Source: Flavobacteriales bacterium (GTDB lineage: Bacteria; Bacteroidota; Bacteroidia; Flavobacteriales; BACL11). From it: 62,219 nucleotides of DNA. The DNA lies in the NCBI GenBank assembly GCA_045561575.1, contig JBJKXM010000072.1, forward strand, positions 1 through 62,219, read 5' to 3'. Below, one piece after another: positions 51,717-62,219 of the stretch. Within the stretch, counting starts at the first letter, position 1. Each line of letters begins with the position of its first letter. Below the pieces are notes generated by a model. That model was not told where the DNA came from. It did no database searches and worked only from the letters and a program-made list of their open reading frames with translations. Position numbers and translations under genes: made by a program.

Positions 51717-53348
51717 TTATTGATTTAACAAATCTTTAGCATTTGTAATAGCCGCATCTGAAATTTGCTTACCACTTAATAACCTAGCAATTTCAAGTAC
51801 TCGCTCTTCATTTTCAAGAACTTTAATATCAGTTCGAGTAATATTATTGTTAACAGTCTTAAACACTTTGATATGATCATTAGATTTAGATGCAATTTGA
51901 GGAAGATGGGTTATAGAAATAAGTTGATTTTTAGATGAAATAGTTCTCATTAAATCCCCCATATAGCTAGCAATTTTTCCAGAAACACCAGTGTCAATTT
52001 CATCAAAAATAATTGTCTTTATTTCACTTTTAGCAGAAGTAATATATTTCAATGCTAGAACTAGTCTAGAAATTTCTCCACCAGAAGCAATTTTACTAAT
52101 ATCTTGTGCAACTACACCAGGATTAGATGAAAATTTAAAAATGACTTCATCAATACCGTTTAGAGAAAAATCTTTTAAAGTGTTTAATTCAACTTTAAAT
52201 AATGCATGAGGCATTCCTAAGGTTTTAAGAATTCTTATAACTTCTTTTTCAAAACCTGGGAAGATTTTATTTCTAGATTTAGTTAAAGAACCTGCTTTTT
52301 TTAAAAGTTTCTCTTTTAATTCAGAAATTTTTTTGTGAATTTGTTTTTTTTCAATTTCAAAATTTTCATATGATTCAATCTCTGATTTTAAATTTGCAGA
52401 AAAAGAAGGTAATTCACTAGAAGAATTTAAGCTGTGTTTATTTAAAATTTTATTTATGAAATTGAATCTATCAAGTTTCTCGTTAAGATTAATATCACTA
52501 CTACTAAATTTGTCATATATATTTGAAAGTTCATCAGAAATATCATTTAAATCAATTATTGATGAATCTATTCTTAAATTTAATTCGTTAAATTGATCAT
52601 ACTTTGCAAATAACTGTTTGATTCTATTAAGATAATCAAGAATATGATTTTCTTCAGAAATTAAAAAATTAGAAGTCTTTGTAATTTCTAAGATGTGATT
52701 AACATTTTCATATAAATTTATTTCATACTCTAATTCAACATCCTCATTATCTTTTATATTTGCTTGATTTATCTCTTGAAAATGAAATTTAAAAAGTTGA
52801 TAATCATCATCTGACAACTTTTCTTTCTTATTAAAATTTTCTAGTTCTTTTTTTAATGAATTATATTGATTTAAAACATTATTATATTCATTAATTTGAA
52901 TATTATTATATGCTAATTTGTCAATAACAGATAATTGTTCTTTTCTATTTTTAATTAGAAGATTGTGATGTTGAGCGTGAATCTCAATAAAAGCTGATGA
53001 AATAGTTGATAATATATTTGCTGTAACAGGTGAATCATTTATAAAATTTCTAATTTTTCCACTTGAATTTATTTCCCTTCTTATTATTGTATTATTATCA
53101 AAATCTAAATCATTATTTGCAAATAAAGGTTTTAATTCATCATTGATGCTAAAACTAGCTTCTATAACACATTTCTTTTCATTCAATTTTTTCTTATCAA
53201 TTCTTGAACCAAGCAAAAAAGAAATAGCATCTAAAATAATTGATTTACCAGAGCCAGTATCTCCAGAAATAACAGTAAATGAATCAGAAAAATTAATACT
53301 CAAATTATCAATGAGTGCATAATTTTTAATGTTAAGATTTGATAGCAT
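51717..53348 (-). CDS. recN: DNA repair protein RecN
   Basis: Walker A GDTGSGKS, long coiled coil, signature ASGGEISR, Walker B TIIFDEIDTG. Confidence 0.9.
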   Translation of the reverse strand: MLSNLNIKNYALIDNLSINFSDSFTVISGDTGSGKSIILDAISFLLGSRIDKKKLNEKKCVIEASFSINDELKPLFANNDLDFDNNTIIRREINSSGKIRNFINDSPVTANILSTISSAFIEIHAQHHNLLIKNRKEQLSVIDKLAYNNIQINEYNNVLNQYNSLKKELENFNKKEKLSDDDYQLFKFHFQEINQANIKDNEDVELEYEINLYENVNHILEITKTSNFLISEENHILDYLNRIKQLFAKYDQFNELNLRIDSSIIDLNDISDELSNIYDKFSSSDINLNEKLDRFNFINKILNKHSLNSSSELPSFSANLKSEIESYENFEIEKKQIHKKISELKEKLLKKAGSLTKSRNKIFPGFEKEVIRILKTLGMPHALFKVELNTLKDFSLNGIDEVIFKFSSNPGVVAQDISKIASGGEISRLVLALKYITSAKSEIKTIIFDEIDTGVSGKIASYMGDLMRTISSKNQLISITHLPQIASKSNDHIKVFKTVNNNITRTDIKVLENEERVLEIARLLSGKQISDAAITNAKDLLNQ

Positions 53349-54253
53349 TATCTTCCTTGGTTAGATTCTGATATTTTTTGATATTTACTAGAGTTTGTTG
53401 GATCAATTTCAACTAAAGTTTTAACAATTCTAGCCTTTTCGTTAGGAAAGGCTTCAGAGTAAATTTTAACAATTTCATCAGATTTAGCATCAAAAAATAA
53501 TTTAAGTAAGAAAGAAGAAGGGTTTTCCCTGTAAATATCTTTAAGTGATTCTAAAGCTTCAGTTATTTCAAATCTAGCATCATCTGGTTCCTCAGCTAAT
53601 TTATCTAAACCTAGTCTGTGATAAGCATATATACAGCTTTGAAAAGCAGAATATCTTGGATCAGCTAAATCATATGCAAGCCAATATCTATTTCTATCAC
53701 TTTCAAAAGCTTTCCAGCCTTTCTCAGGTGCATTTTGTGCATTATTAACAATTTTTTGGGCTTTACCAATGTATTCCATACCACCGTCTTCAGAAAAAGA
53801 CGAAAAATCTAAAGCTAAAATAATATTTATGTAAAATGCTATAGTTGAAGTTAGGTTAGATAAATGAGTATTAACAGTAAATTCTAAGGGTTCAAATTCT
53901 TGATAGTTAAATTTAAAATTCTGATCTTGATAATTTAATAATGTAGATTGGTAGGATGTTCCAAAAATCGGCCTTTTACTTTGAATTTGTAATGTAGCTT
54001 CAAAAACATCATTTGATATCATTTTACTGATATTTATCATAATAGAACATTCAATTCGTTCTTCATTTTCAATCTTAGTATCAGTCCATTTAGTATTATT
54101 TACAAATTCATATAAGGATTTCTGTAGAGAAGTAAAAATTTGTCTATCACTGGTTTGCACTTGATTAGAATTAACCATAACATTACAAATTAATTCTTGA
54201 GAATAGGAATTTGATCCAAAAAAAACTAGAATAATTAAAAAAACAATCCTCAT
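53348..54253 (-). CDS. DUF4835 family protein (PorD-like T9SS-associated protein in recent annotations)
   Basis: Signal peptide, 301 aa, sitting between coaBC and recN, the position I recall as conserved in Flavobacteriia. Family assignment is by recollection of sequence character, not a search. Confidence 0.5.
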   Translation of the reverse strand: MRIVFLIILVFFGSNSYSQELICNVMVNSNQVQTSDRQIFTSLQKSLYEFVNNTKWTDTKIENEERIECSIMINISKMISNDVFEATLQIQSKRPIFGTSYQSTLLNYQDQNFKFNYQEFEPLEFTVNTHLSNLTSTIAFYINIILALDFSSFSEDGGMEYIGKAQKIVNNAQNAPEKGWKAFESDRNRYWLAYDLADPRYSAFQSCIYAYHRLGLDKLAEEPDDARFEITEALESLKDIYRENPSSFLLKLFFDAKSDEIVKIYSEAFPNEKARIVKTLVEIDPTNSSKYQKISESNQGR

Positions 54254-55449
54254 TATATTTCTTTTATAATCTTATTAAAAATATCTTTTGCAACTTCATA
54301 TTTAGTTTTTAACTTATATTCTTTTATTTGCTTATTAGAATCAATAATTGATATTTTGTTTGTATCATATCCAAATCCGGCATTTTTGTCATTTAGTGAA
54401 TTTAAAACAATCAAATCTAACTTTTTTTGTTCTAATTTCTTTATTGCATTATCAATTTCATTATTTGATTCTAGTGCAAAACCGACAATAAATTGATTGT
54501 CTTTCTTAAATTTTGAAAATTCTAATAAAATATCTTTATTTAAAGTTAATTTAATTTCATTTAAACCGTCAGATTTTTTAATTTTTTTTGAGTTGTATTT
54601 TCTGGGTTTAAAATCAGAAACTGCTGCTGCAAAAATTCCTATATCAATTTGTTCTTTATAATTCAAAACTTCTTCTAGCATTTCATCAGCAGAAACAACA
54701 TCTATTTGTTTAATATTAATATGATTTATGTTGGTATTAGTTGGCCCTTTAATTAATATTACTTCTGCTCCTAATTCAGCTCCTACTCTAGCTAAAGACA
54801 CACCCATTTTTCCTGTTGAAAAATTAGAAATATATCTAACTCTATCAATTTTTTCTAAAGTTGGACCAGCGGTAATTAATATTTTTTTTCCGTGTAATGG
54901 AGATTTATTTAACAAATCTTTTTCAAGAAAAGAAATAATATTTTCAGGTTCTTCCATCCTACCCTCACCATATAATCCACTGGCTAGTTCACCTGATGAT
55001 GGAGGAATTAATATGTTAGATGATTTTACTAGATTATTAATATTTTTTTTTGTTGATGAATGCTTATACATATCTAAATCCATTGCTGGTGCAAAGTAAA
55101 CCGGACAATTGGCAGATAAATAAGATGCCAATAATAAATTATCGCAATCACCATTAGACATTTTAGATAATGTCTTGGCAGATGCTGGAGCAATAAGCAT
55201 TATATCTGCCCAGGATCCTAGATCAACATGATTATTCCAAGTTTTATAATCCTCGTTAATCATTTCTGAATAAACGGGATTTTCAGAAAGAGTAGATAGG
55301 GTTAAGGGAGTAATAAAATCCAAAGATTTTGGAGTTTGAATAACCTTTACATTAGCTCCTTTCTTTTTTAATAACCTTACTAAATTAGCTGTTTTGTAAG
55401 CTGCTATACTTGCGGTAACCCCAAGTAGAATGTTTTTATTATTTAGCAT
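54253..55449 (-). CDS. coaBC: Bifunctional phosphopantothenoylcysteine decarboxylase / phosphopantothenate-cysteine ligase
   Basis: Flavoprotein half (ILLGVTASIAAYK, PAMD..M) and CoaB half (ITAGPTLEKIDRVRYISNFSTGKMG). Confidence 0.95.
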   Translation of the reverse strand: MLNNKNILLGVTASIAAYKTANLVRLLKKKGANVKVIQTPKSLDFITPLTLSTLSENPVYSEMINEDYKTWNNHVDLGSWADIMLIAPASAKTLSKMSNGDCDNLLLASYLSANCPVYFAPAMDLDMYKHSSTKKNINNLVKSSNILIPPSSGELASGLYGEGRMEEPENIISFLEKDLLNKSPLHGKKILITAGPTLEKIDRVRYISNFSTGKMGVSLARVGAELGAEVILIKGPTNTNINHINIKQIDVVSADEMLEEVLNYKEQIDIGIFAAAVSDFKPRKYNSKKIKKSDGLNEIKLTLNKDILLEFSKFKKDNQFIVGFALESNNEIDNAIKKLEQKKLDLIVLNSLNDKNAGFGYDTNKISIIDSNKQIKEYKLKTKYEVAKDIFNKIIKEI

Positions 55450-55460
55450 AATATGCTAAT

Positions 55461-55796
55461 TTATTCATCAGCATTTTCTTCTTCATCAATCTGACGAACA
55501 TAAATTTCGTCCTTCATTAACTCTTGCATGGCGATAGCCCATGGTTTTGGAAGACTTTCATAAAATTTAGAGACAGCTATTTGTTCTTGATTTTCAAAAA
55601 CTTCATCTAATTGTTCTTGATCAAGAGCAAACTCTTCAAGCTTAGTTAAAAGCTCTTCTTTCATTTTCTCATTGATTTGTTTACTTCTACTAGCCAAAAT
55701 AGAAACTGCTTTATAAATATTACCAGTTTTTTCAGTTAAATCATTAACTTCTCTAGTAATAGTTGATTTTTCTGCGCCTGTTTTTTTAAATTTCAT
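55461..55796 (-). CDS. rpoZ: RNA polymerase omega subunit-like protein (Bacteroidetes type)
   Basis: 111 aa with NIYKAVSILASRSKQIN (omega-like helix) and an acidic C-terminus. Lies in the bamD-rpoZ-coaBC order I recall for the class. Confidence 0.55.
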   Translation of the reverse strand: MKFKKTGAEKSTITREVNDLTEKTGNIYKAVSILASRSKQINEKMKEELLTKLEEFALDQEQLDEVFENQEQIAVSKFYESLPKPWAIAMQELMKDEIYVRQIDEEENADE

Positions 55797-56595
55797 CTTT
55801 GTTTAATTTTAATTGTTCAATAGTAATTTTTGTAACATCAAATATCTTTTTAGCTGATTCATTAAATTTACTTTCAGGATAATTATCAATAAACTGATTG
55901 TAATATTCAATAGTCATATCTAGTCTTTTTTGTTTTTTAGACATTATGCTATTTACTGCTAAAAAGTATGACGATTCTAGAATTAAAAAATATATTTCTT
56001 CTCTGTTTTCAACATCAGGAAAGTCAATTAATACATTATCTAATGCAATTATAGCAGCTCTGTATTCTTCAGTAGTATAGTATTGTTTTGCATTAGCAAA
56101 TGCTTTTCTAGAAAGATTTAATCTTAATTCATCCATTAATGAATTACATCTTTCAACTCTATCACTTTCAGGGTATTTATCTATAAAATCTTGAAACTTA
56201 TCAATAGCCAAAGTAGTATTTGTAGCATCAAGTGAAAATTCTGGTGCCTCTTGGTAATGACAATAAGCTACCATGTATTTACACTCTTCAACATGTTTAC
56301 TTCTTGGAAAATTAATTGTAAATCTGTTAAAAAGATATGACGCCATTAAATAATCTCCTGTAGAATAATGAGAAAAAGCAAAATAGAAAGCAATCTCTTC
56401 TGCCTTATTTGTGCCTTTAAAAATAGGAATTAGCTCATTAAAAATTGGAAGAGCTTTATTAAATTCAGCATTTTTATAATATTTTACAGCTTGACTATAT
56501 TTAAAATTGACATCATCACTTTTTAATACCTTTTGGTATTTACTACAAGACAAAACCGATGTAATCAATAAAATGTAGAATAAAAGTTGTTTCAT
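55786..56595 (-). CDS. bamD: Outer membrane protein assembly factor BamD (YfiO-like TPR lipoprotein)
   Basis: Lipobox ITSVLSC and TPR-like repeats (YYKNAEFNKALPIFNEL, FPRSKHVEEC, YPESDRVE). Confidence 0.75.
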   Translation of the reverse strand: MKQLLFYILLITSVLSCSKYQKVLKSDDVNFKYSQAVKYYKNAEFNKALPIFNELIPIFKGTNKAEEIAFYFAFSHYSTGDYLMASYLFNRFTINFPRSKHVEECKYMVAYCHYQEAPEFSLDATNTTLAIDKFQDFIDKYPESDRVERCNSLMDELRLNLSRKAFANAKQYYTTEEYRAAIIALDNVLIDFPDVENREEIYFLILESSYFLAVNSIMSKKQKRLDMTIEYYNQFIDNYPESKFNESAKKIFDVTKITIEQLKLNKDEI

Positions 56596-56678
56596 TAAAG
56601 AAATTTTTTCAAAGATAAATTCAATAATTGGATATTCCTAAATTATTTTTATATCTAGTAAACTCGAAAAAAAAAGGA

Positions 56679-57227
56679 TTATTGTTTAATTAATGAAGTA
56701 ATTTTTGTCGATGTTGGAGGTGTCGTGGAAAGAAAATAATTAATGAGTTGTCCATTTTTATTTACTAAATACTTTTGAAAATTCCATTTTACTGAACTTT
56801 CTATTACACCATTTAAGTTTTTATTCGTTAACCATTTATATAGAGGATGCTGGTTAGATCCTTTAACATCAACTTTTTCTGTTAATGTGAATGAAACTCC
56901 AAAGTTTTTTTCACAAAATTCTCGGATTTGTTTTTCATTATTAGGCTCTTGACCACCAAATTGATTGCATGGGACACCAATTACTATTAAATTATCTTTA
57001 TTTTCAGTAAATAGCTTCTCAAGAGCTTTATACTGCCCAGTAAAGCCACAATATGAAGCAACATTTACTATTAACACATTTTTTCCTTTAAATGAACTAA
57101 AATCTATAACATCTCCATCAATTGAATTAATAGTTATATCATAGAAAGAAGTAGTATTAGAATTTGTAGAAGAAGAATTAAAAGAAAAAAATGAAAACAT
57201 TATTAGAAGAATATTAATTAACCTCAT
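56679..57227 (-). CDS. Glutathione peroxidase (Cys-type)
   Basis: NVASYCGFT (Cys encoded by TGT, not TGA), FPCNQFGGQEP, KWNFQKYLV. N-terminal signal-like segment. Confidence 0.9.
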   Translation of the reverse strand: MRLINILLIMFSFFSFNSSSTNSNTTSFYDITINSIDGDVIDFSSFKGKNVLIVNVASYCGFTGQYKALEKLFTENKDNLIVIGVPCNQFGGQEPNNEKQIREFCEKNFGVSFTLTEKVDVKGSNQHPLYKWLTNKNLNGVIESSVKWNFQKYLVNKNGQLINYFLSTTPPTSTKITSLIKQ

Positions 57228-58095
57228 TTGCTAAATAAATTTTAAAATCATTAAATAATTCTCTACTAATTGGAACTAATGGAAGTCTTAAGTAGTTTTT
57301 ACAAACACCTTGCAAAGATAAGAAAGCTTTTACTCCTGAGGGGTTTCCTTCAGAATATAAATAATGATAAAGCCCATATAATTTATCATGAAGTATCTTG
57401 GCATCAGATAATTTGCCATTTAGTGCAAATTTCACAAGAGAAGAAAATTCTTCTGGATTTGACTGACCAATAACCGAAATGACTCCAGCACCTCCGTTTT
57501 GAATAATTTCAAGAGTTAAACCGTCATCTCCAGAAAGAACATCAAAATTTTTAGGTTTATTTTTCAAAATATATTTTATTTGATTTATATCACCGGAGGC
57601 TTCCTTTATGGAAATAATGTTTTTAAAATCATTAGCAAGTTGTATGGTTGTTTCTGGGCTCATATTAATACCTGTTCTTGATGGTACATTATATAGAATA
57701 ATTGGAATTGGACTAGATTTTGAAATTTCAGCATAGTGATGATAAAGCCCATTCTGAGAAGGTTTATTATAGTATGGAGTAACGCTTAAAATAGCATCAA
57801 AATCTGAAAGGTCGGTATTATTAATTTCTTTAATTAATTTATTCGTATTGTTCCCTCCTATTCCTAAAACTAACGGTAATCTTTTATTGTTTAGTTTTAC
57901 TATAAAATTAATTAACTCTTTTTTTTCAGACTCATTTATGGATGTTGCCTCTCCAGTAGTACCTAGTACAACTAAAAAATCAATTCCACCTTCAATTACT
58001 TTATTAATTAATTTATCTAAAGAAGTATAATCGATAGTTTTATCTTCATTAAATGGAGTTATCAAAGCAACTCCAGTACCAGATATTCTTTTCAT
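57214..58095 (-). CDS. dapA: 4-hydroxy-tetrahydrodipicolinate synthase
   Basis: GVALITPF, GTTGEA, YNVPSRTG, IKEASGD (Schiff-base Lys). Confidence 0.95.
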   Translation of the reverse strand: MKRISGTGVALITPFNEDKTIDYTSLDKLINKVIEGGIDFLVVLGTTGEATSINESEKKELINFIVKLNNKRLPLVLGIGGNNTNKLIKEINNTDLSDFDAILSVTPYYNKPSQNGLYHHYAEISKSSPIPIILYNVPSRTGINMSPETTIQLANDFKNIISIKEASGDINQIKYILKNKPKNFDVLSGDDGLTLEIIQNGGAGVISVIGQSNPEEFSSLVKFALNGKLSDAKILHDKLYGLYHYLYSEGNPSGVKAFLSLQGVCKNYLRLPLVPISRELFNDFKIYLANEVN

Positions 58096-58096
58096 G

Positions 58097-60624
<2,528 letters not shown>

Positions 60625-61083
60625 TTATTTATGATAAGGCAAATGTGAGTCGTGTAAAATTATTTTTAAATTTCCTTGATCATCTTTTCTGTAAACAAAA
60701 GAAAATTCAACCATTATAGTTCCCTCATTATTAGTAAAAAAATAATTCCCCATAGCAATAGCTATATTATCAAAAATTTGAATACCTGAATTTTCCCATC
60801 TAACATCAGTCCAACCTTTTAGAGCAAATCCATTATCTTCAGGAAAATCATCATTATTACCAACAAAATATGAAAGAGCCCCTTCTTTTGTATTTCGAAA
60901 TTGAATATCTCTTGCTAAAGTTGGTTTAAATAATACTTTACCAGCAGAATAATCATATAATCTTTCTATATGATTAATTGCTTGAGAAATGTAGTCCAGA
61001 TTATTCTTATGATTATTTGAAATTTTAATAAGACCATCAGACCAATGTTTTTGAGCACTAAAAACCTCCTCTTCTGTTATCAT
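60625..61083 (-). CDS. Hypothetical protein, possibly NTF2/SnoaL-like fold
   Basis: 152-aa ORF abutting the ligA start. The fold suggestion comes only from size and sequence character. Confidence 0.35.
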   Translation of the reverse strand: MITEEEVFSAQKHWSDGLIKISNNHKNNLDYISQAINHIERLYDYSAGKVLFKPTLARDIQFRNTKEGALSYFVGNNDDFPEDNGFALKGWTDVRWENSGIQIFDNIAIAMGNYFFTNNEGTIMVEFSFVYRKDDQGNLKIILHDSHLPYHK

Positions 61084-61114
61084 AATAAATATGTTTAAGA
61101 TATATCAAAGATAA

Positions 61115-61948
61115 CTATTTAAAGACAGATTTTATAATTCTGTCCCTACCATTTATATCTTTTTTCAACTCTATATCAACAAAATTTAGATTAGATAACA
61201 GTTCTATAATTTGTTTAGAATACTTTTCATTTATTTCAAAAAATAATAAGCCATTTTTATTCAAATTATTAGTTGCAATTTTTGCAATCTCTTTATAATA
61301 AATTAATGGGTCATTATCACTTACAAATAATGCATTGTGTGGTTCGTAATCAAGAACATTTTTATTCATTAATTTTTTTTCTGATTCTAAGACATATGGA
61401 GGATTACTTACAATTAAATCATACTTTTTTGTATCAGAAAAATTAAAAACATCGCTTAACTCGAAATTTATTTCAACTGAATTAAGTATCGCATTAGATT
61501 TAGCAATTTCTAAAGCCTCTATGCTATTATCAATAGCAGTAATATTAGCGTTAGAATTTTTTGCAATAGATACAGCAATACAACCGGATCCGGTTCCGAT
61601 TTCTAGTACCGAAATAAAATCATGCAATAAAATATATTGAACAAGTTCTTCTGTTTCTCCTCTTGGAATTAATGTTGAGGAATTAACTTTAAATTTAAGA
61701 TCATAAAAATGAGCTTCGCCTAAAATATATTGAATAGGAATATTTTGTTTTATATCATTAATAATATTTTCAAAAGAAATAATATTGTCATTAGTTAATT
61801 CATGATTAGAATGAATTATACAATCTGATTTTGAATAACCTAAAATTTTTTCAATAGATAGATAAGCAAAAGATGTAACTTCCCTTCTAGAAAAATTATT
61901 TATTTCACTTAAAAATTTTGGTATGATATTAACTAATTTATTCATCAT
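61115..61948 (-). CDS. prmC: Peptide chain release factor N5-glutamine methyltransferase
   Basis: EIGTGSGCIA (SAM motif) and VSNPPYV (NPPY). Confidence 0.9.
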   Translation of the reverse strand: MMNKLVNIIPKFLSEINNFSRREVTSFAYLSIEKILGYSKSDCIIHSNHELTNDNIISFENIINDIKQNIPIQYILGEAHFYDLKFKVNSSTLIPRGETEELVQYILLHDFISVLEIGTGSGCIAVSIAKNSNANITAIDNSIEALEIAKSNAILNSVEINFELSDVFNFSDTKKYDLIVSNPPYVLESEKKLMNKNVLDYEPHNALFVSDNDPLIYYKEIAKIATNNLNKNGLLFFEINEKYSKQIIELLSNLNFVDIELKKDINGRDRIIKSVFK

Positions 61949-62158
61949 ACAAATATATAAATAGCTATTTTTGAAAAATGAAAACTCATGAGTATTTTAT
62001 TGATAAATGTATCAGAAGCAGAAATATTTTGAAAAATAGGAGCAATGCCATCATGAATAATTGTTTGATTTATTGCTTCTTGAAAATCATTTTTTGCAAG
62101 CAACAAGAGATTTAAAGCCAAAAAGAAAAGTAAAAAGTATGATTATAGAATGTTTCAT
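61945..62158 (-). pseudogene. Possible small lipoprotein ORF, frame broken at a T6 (plus-strand) tract; not in the ORF track
   Basis: The ATG at 62158 gives MKHSIIILFTFLFGFKSLVAC-KK, then a stop. Removing one base from the run at 62090..62095 continues as ...CKNDFQEAINQTIIHDGIAPIFQNISASDTF..., ending in a TGA that overlaps the prmC start. 70 aa, no family recognised. Confidence 0.25.
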
Positions 62159-62219
62159 GGTAATAAATTTTTAAACAACAAAGATACTTCAATTTTAATA
62201 GCTTTATTAAAAACTATAT

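Noticed and set aside
56679-57227. Selenocysteine in glutathione peroxidase.
   Set aside because: The active-site residue in NVASYCGFT is encoded by TGT (Cys). There is no in-frame TGA and no SECIS-like hairpin.

Overview
This 62.2-kb window is a very AT-rich (roughly 30% G+C by eye, not computed), tightly packed chromosomal segment from a Bacteroidota bacterium of class Flavobacteriia. That placement rests on gldF/gldG gliding genes, a T9SS C-terminal sorting domain, a DUF4835/PorD-like gene, bamD, and TAnnTTTG -7 promoter boxes 12-16 nt upstream of genes and tRNAs. I call about 60 protein genes. Nearly all are recognisable core functions: parC (5'-truncated), tsaD, ribBA, ribH, gcvT, dnaN, phoH, purC, rsmG, xerD, aroQ, recF plus DUF721/DciA, ndk, nrnA, nrdB-nrdA, gyrA, clpC, fabI, recN, coaBC, rpoZ-like, bamD, gpx, dapA, ligA and prmC. 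There are also three tRNAs (CAU, Ser-UGA, Arg-UCU).

I see no CRISPR array, transposase, phage or integrative element, toxin-antitoxin pair or recognisable defence module. I do not find convincing evidence for a new multi-gene system; this reads as ordinary core genome.

The strongest anomaly is a set of 6-7 single-base frameshifts, each at or next to a short or long mononucleotide run, in otherwise intact conserved genes: gldG, gldF, an M32 carboxypeptidase, an M16 peptidase, clpC twice, and possibly a small lipoprotein ORF. Each repairs to a full-length protein when one base is removed or added. Homopolymer sequencing error is the most economical explanation, with slippage or phase variation as a testable alternative for the A8/T7 tracts in gldG/gldF.

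Secondary points:
- A compact nrdB-nrdA ribonucleotide reductase with no ATP-cone (class Id-like), behind the only long non-coding stretch (394 bp), which contains nested inverted repeats.
- A lipoprotein cyclophilin-FKBP fusion.
- A small tRNA-bounded islet with an orphan Cys-rich lipoprotein preceded by TTATGCA palindromes.
- A DUF62 SAM hydrolase translationally coupled to gldF.

All short antisense ORFs in the supplied track look like shadow ORFs.
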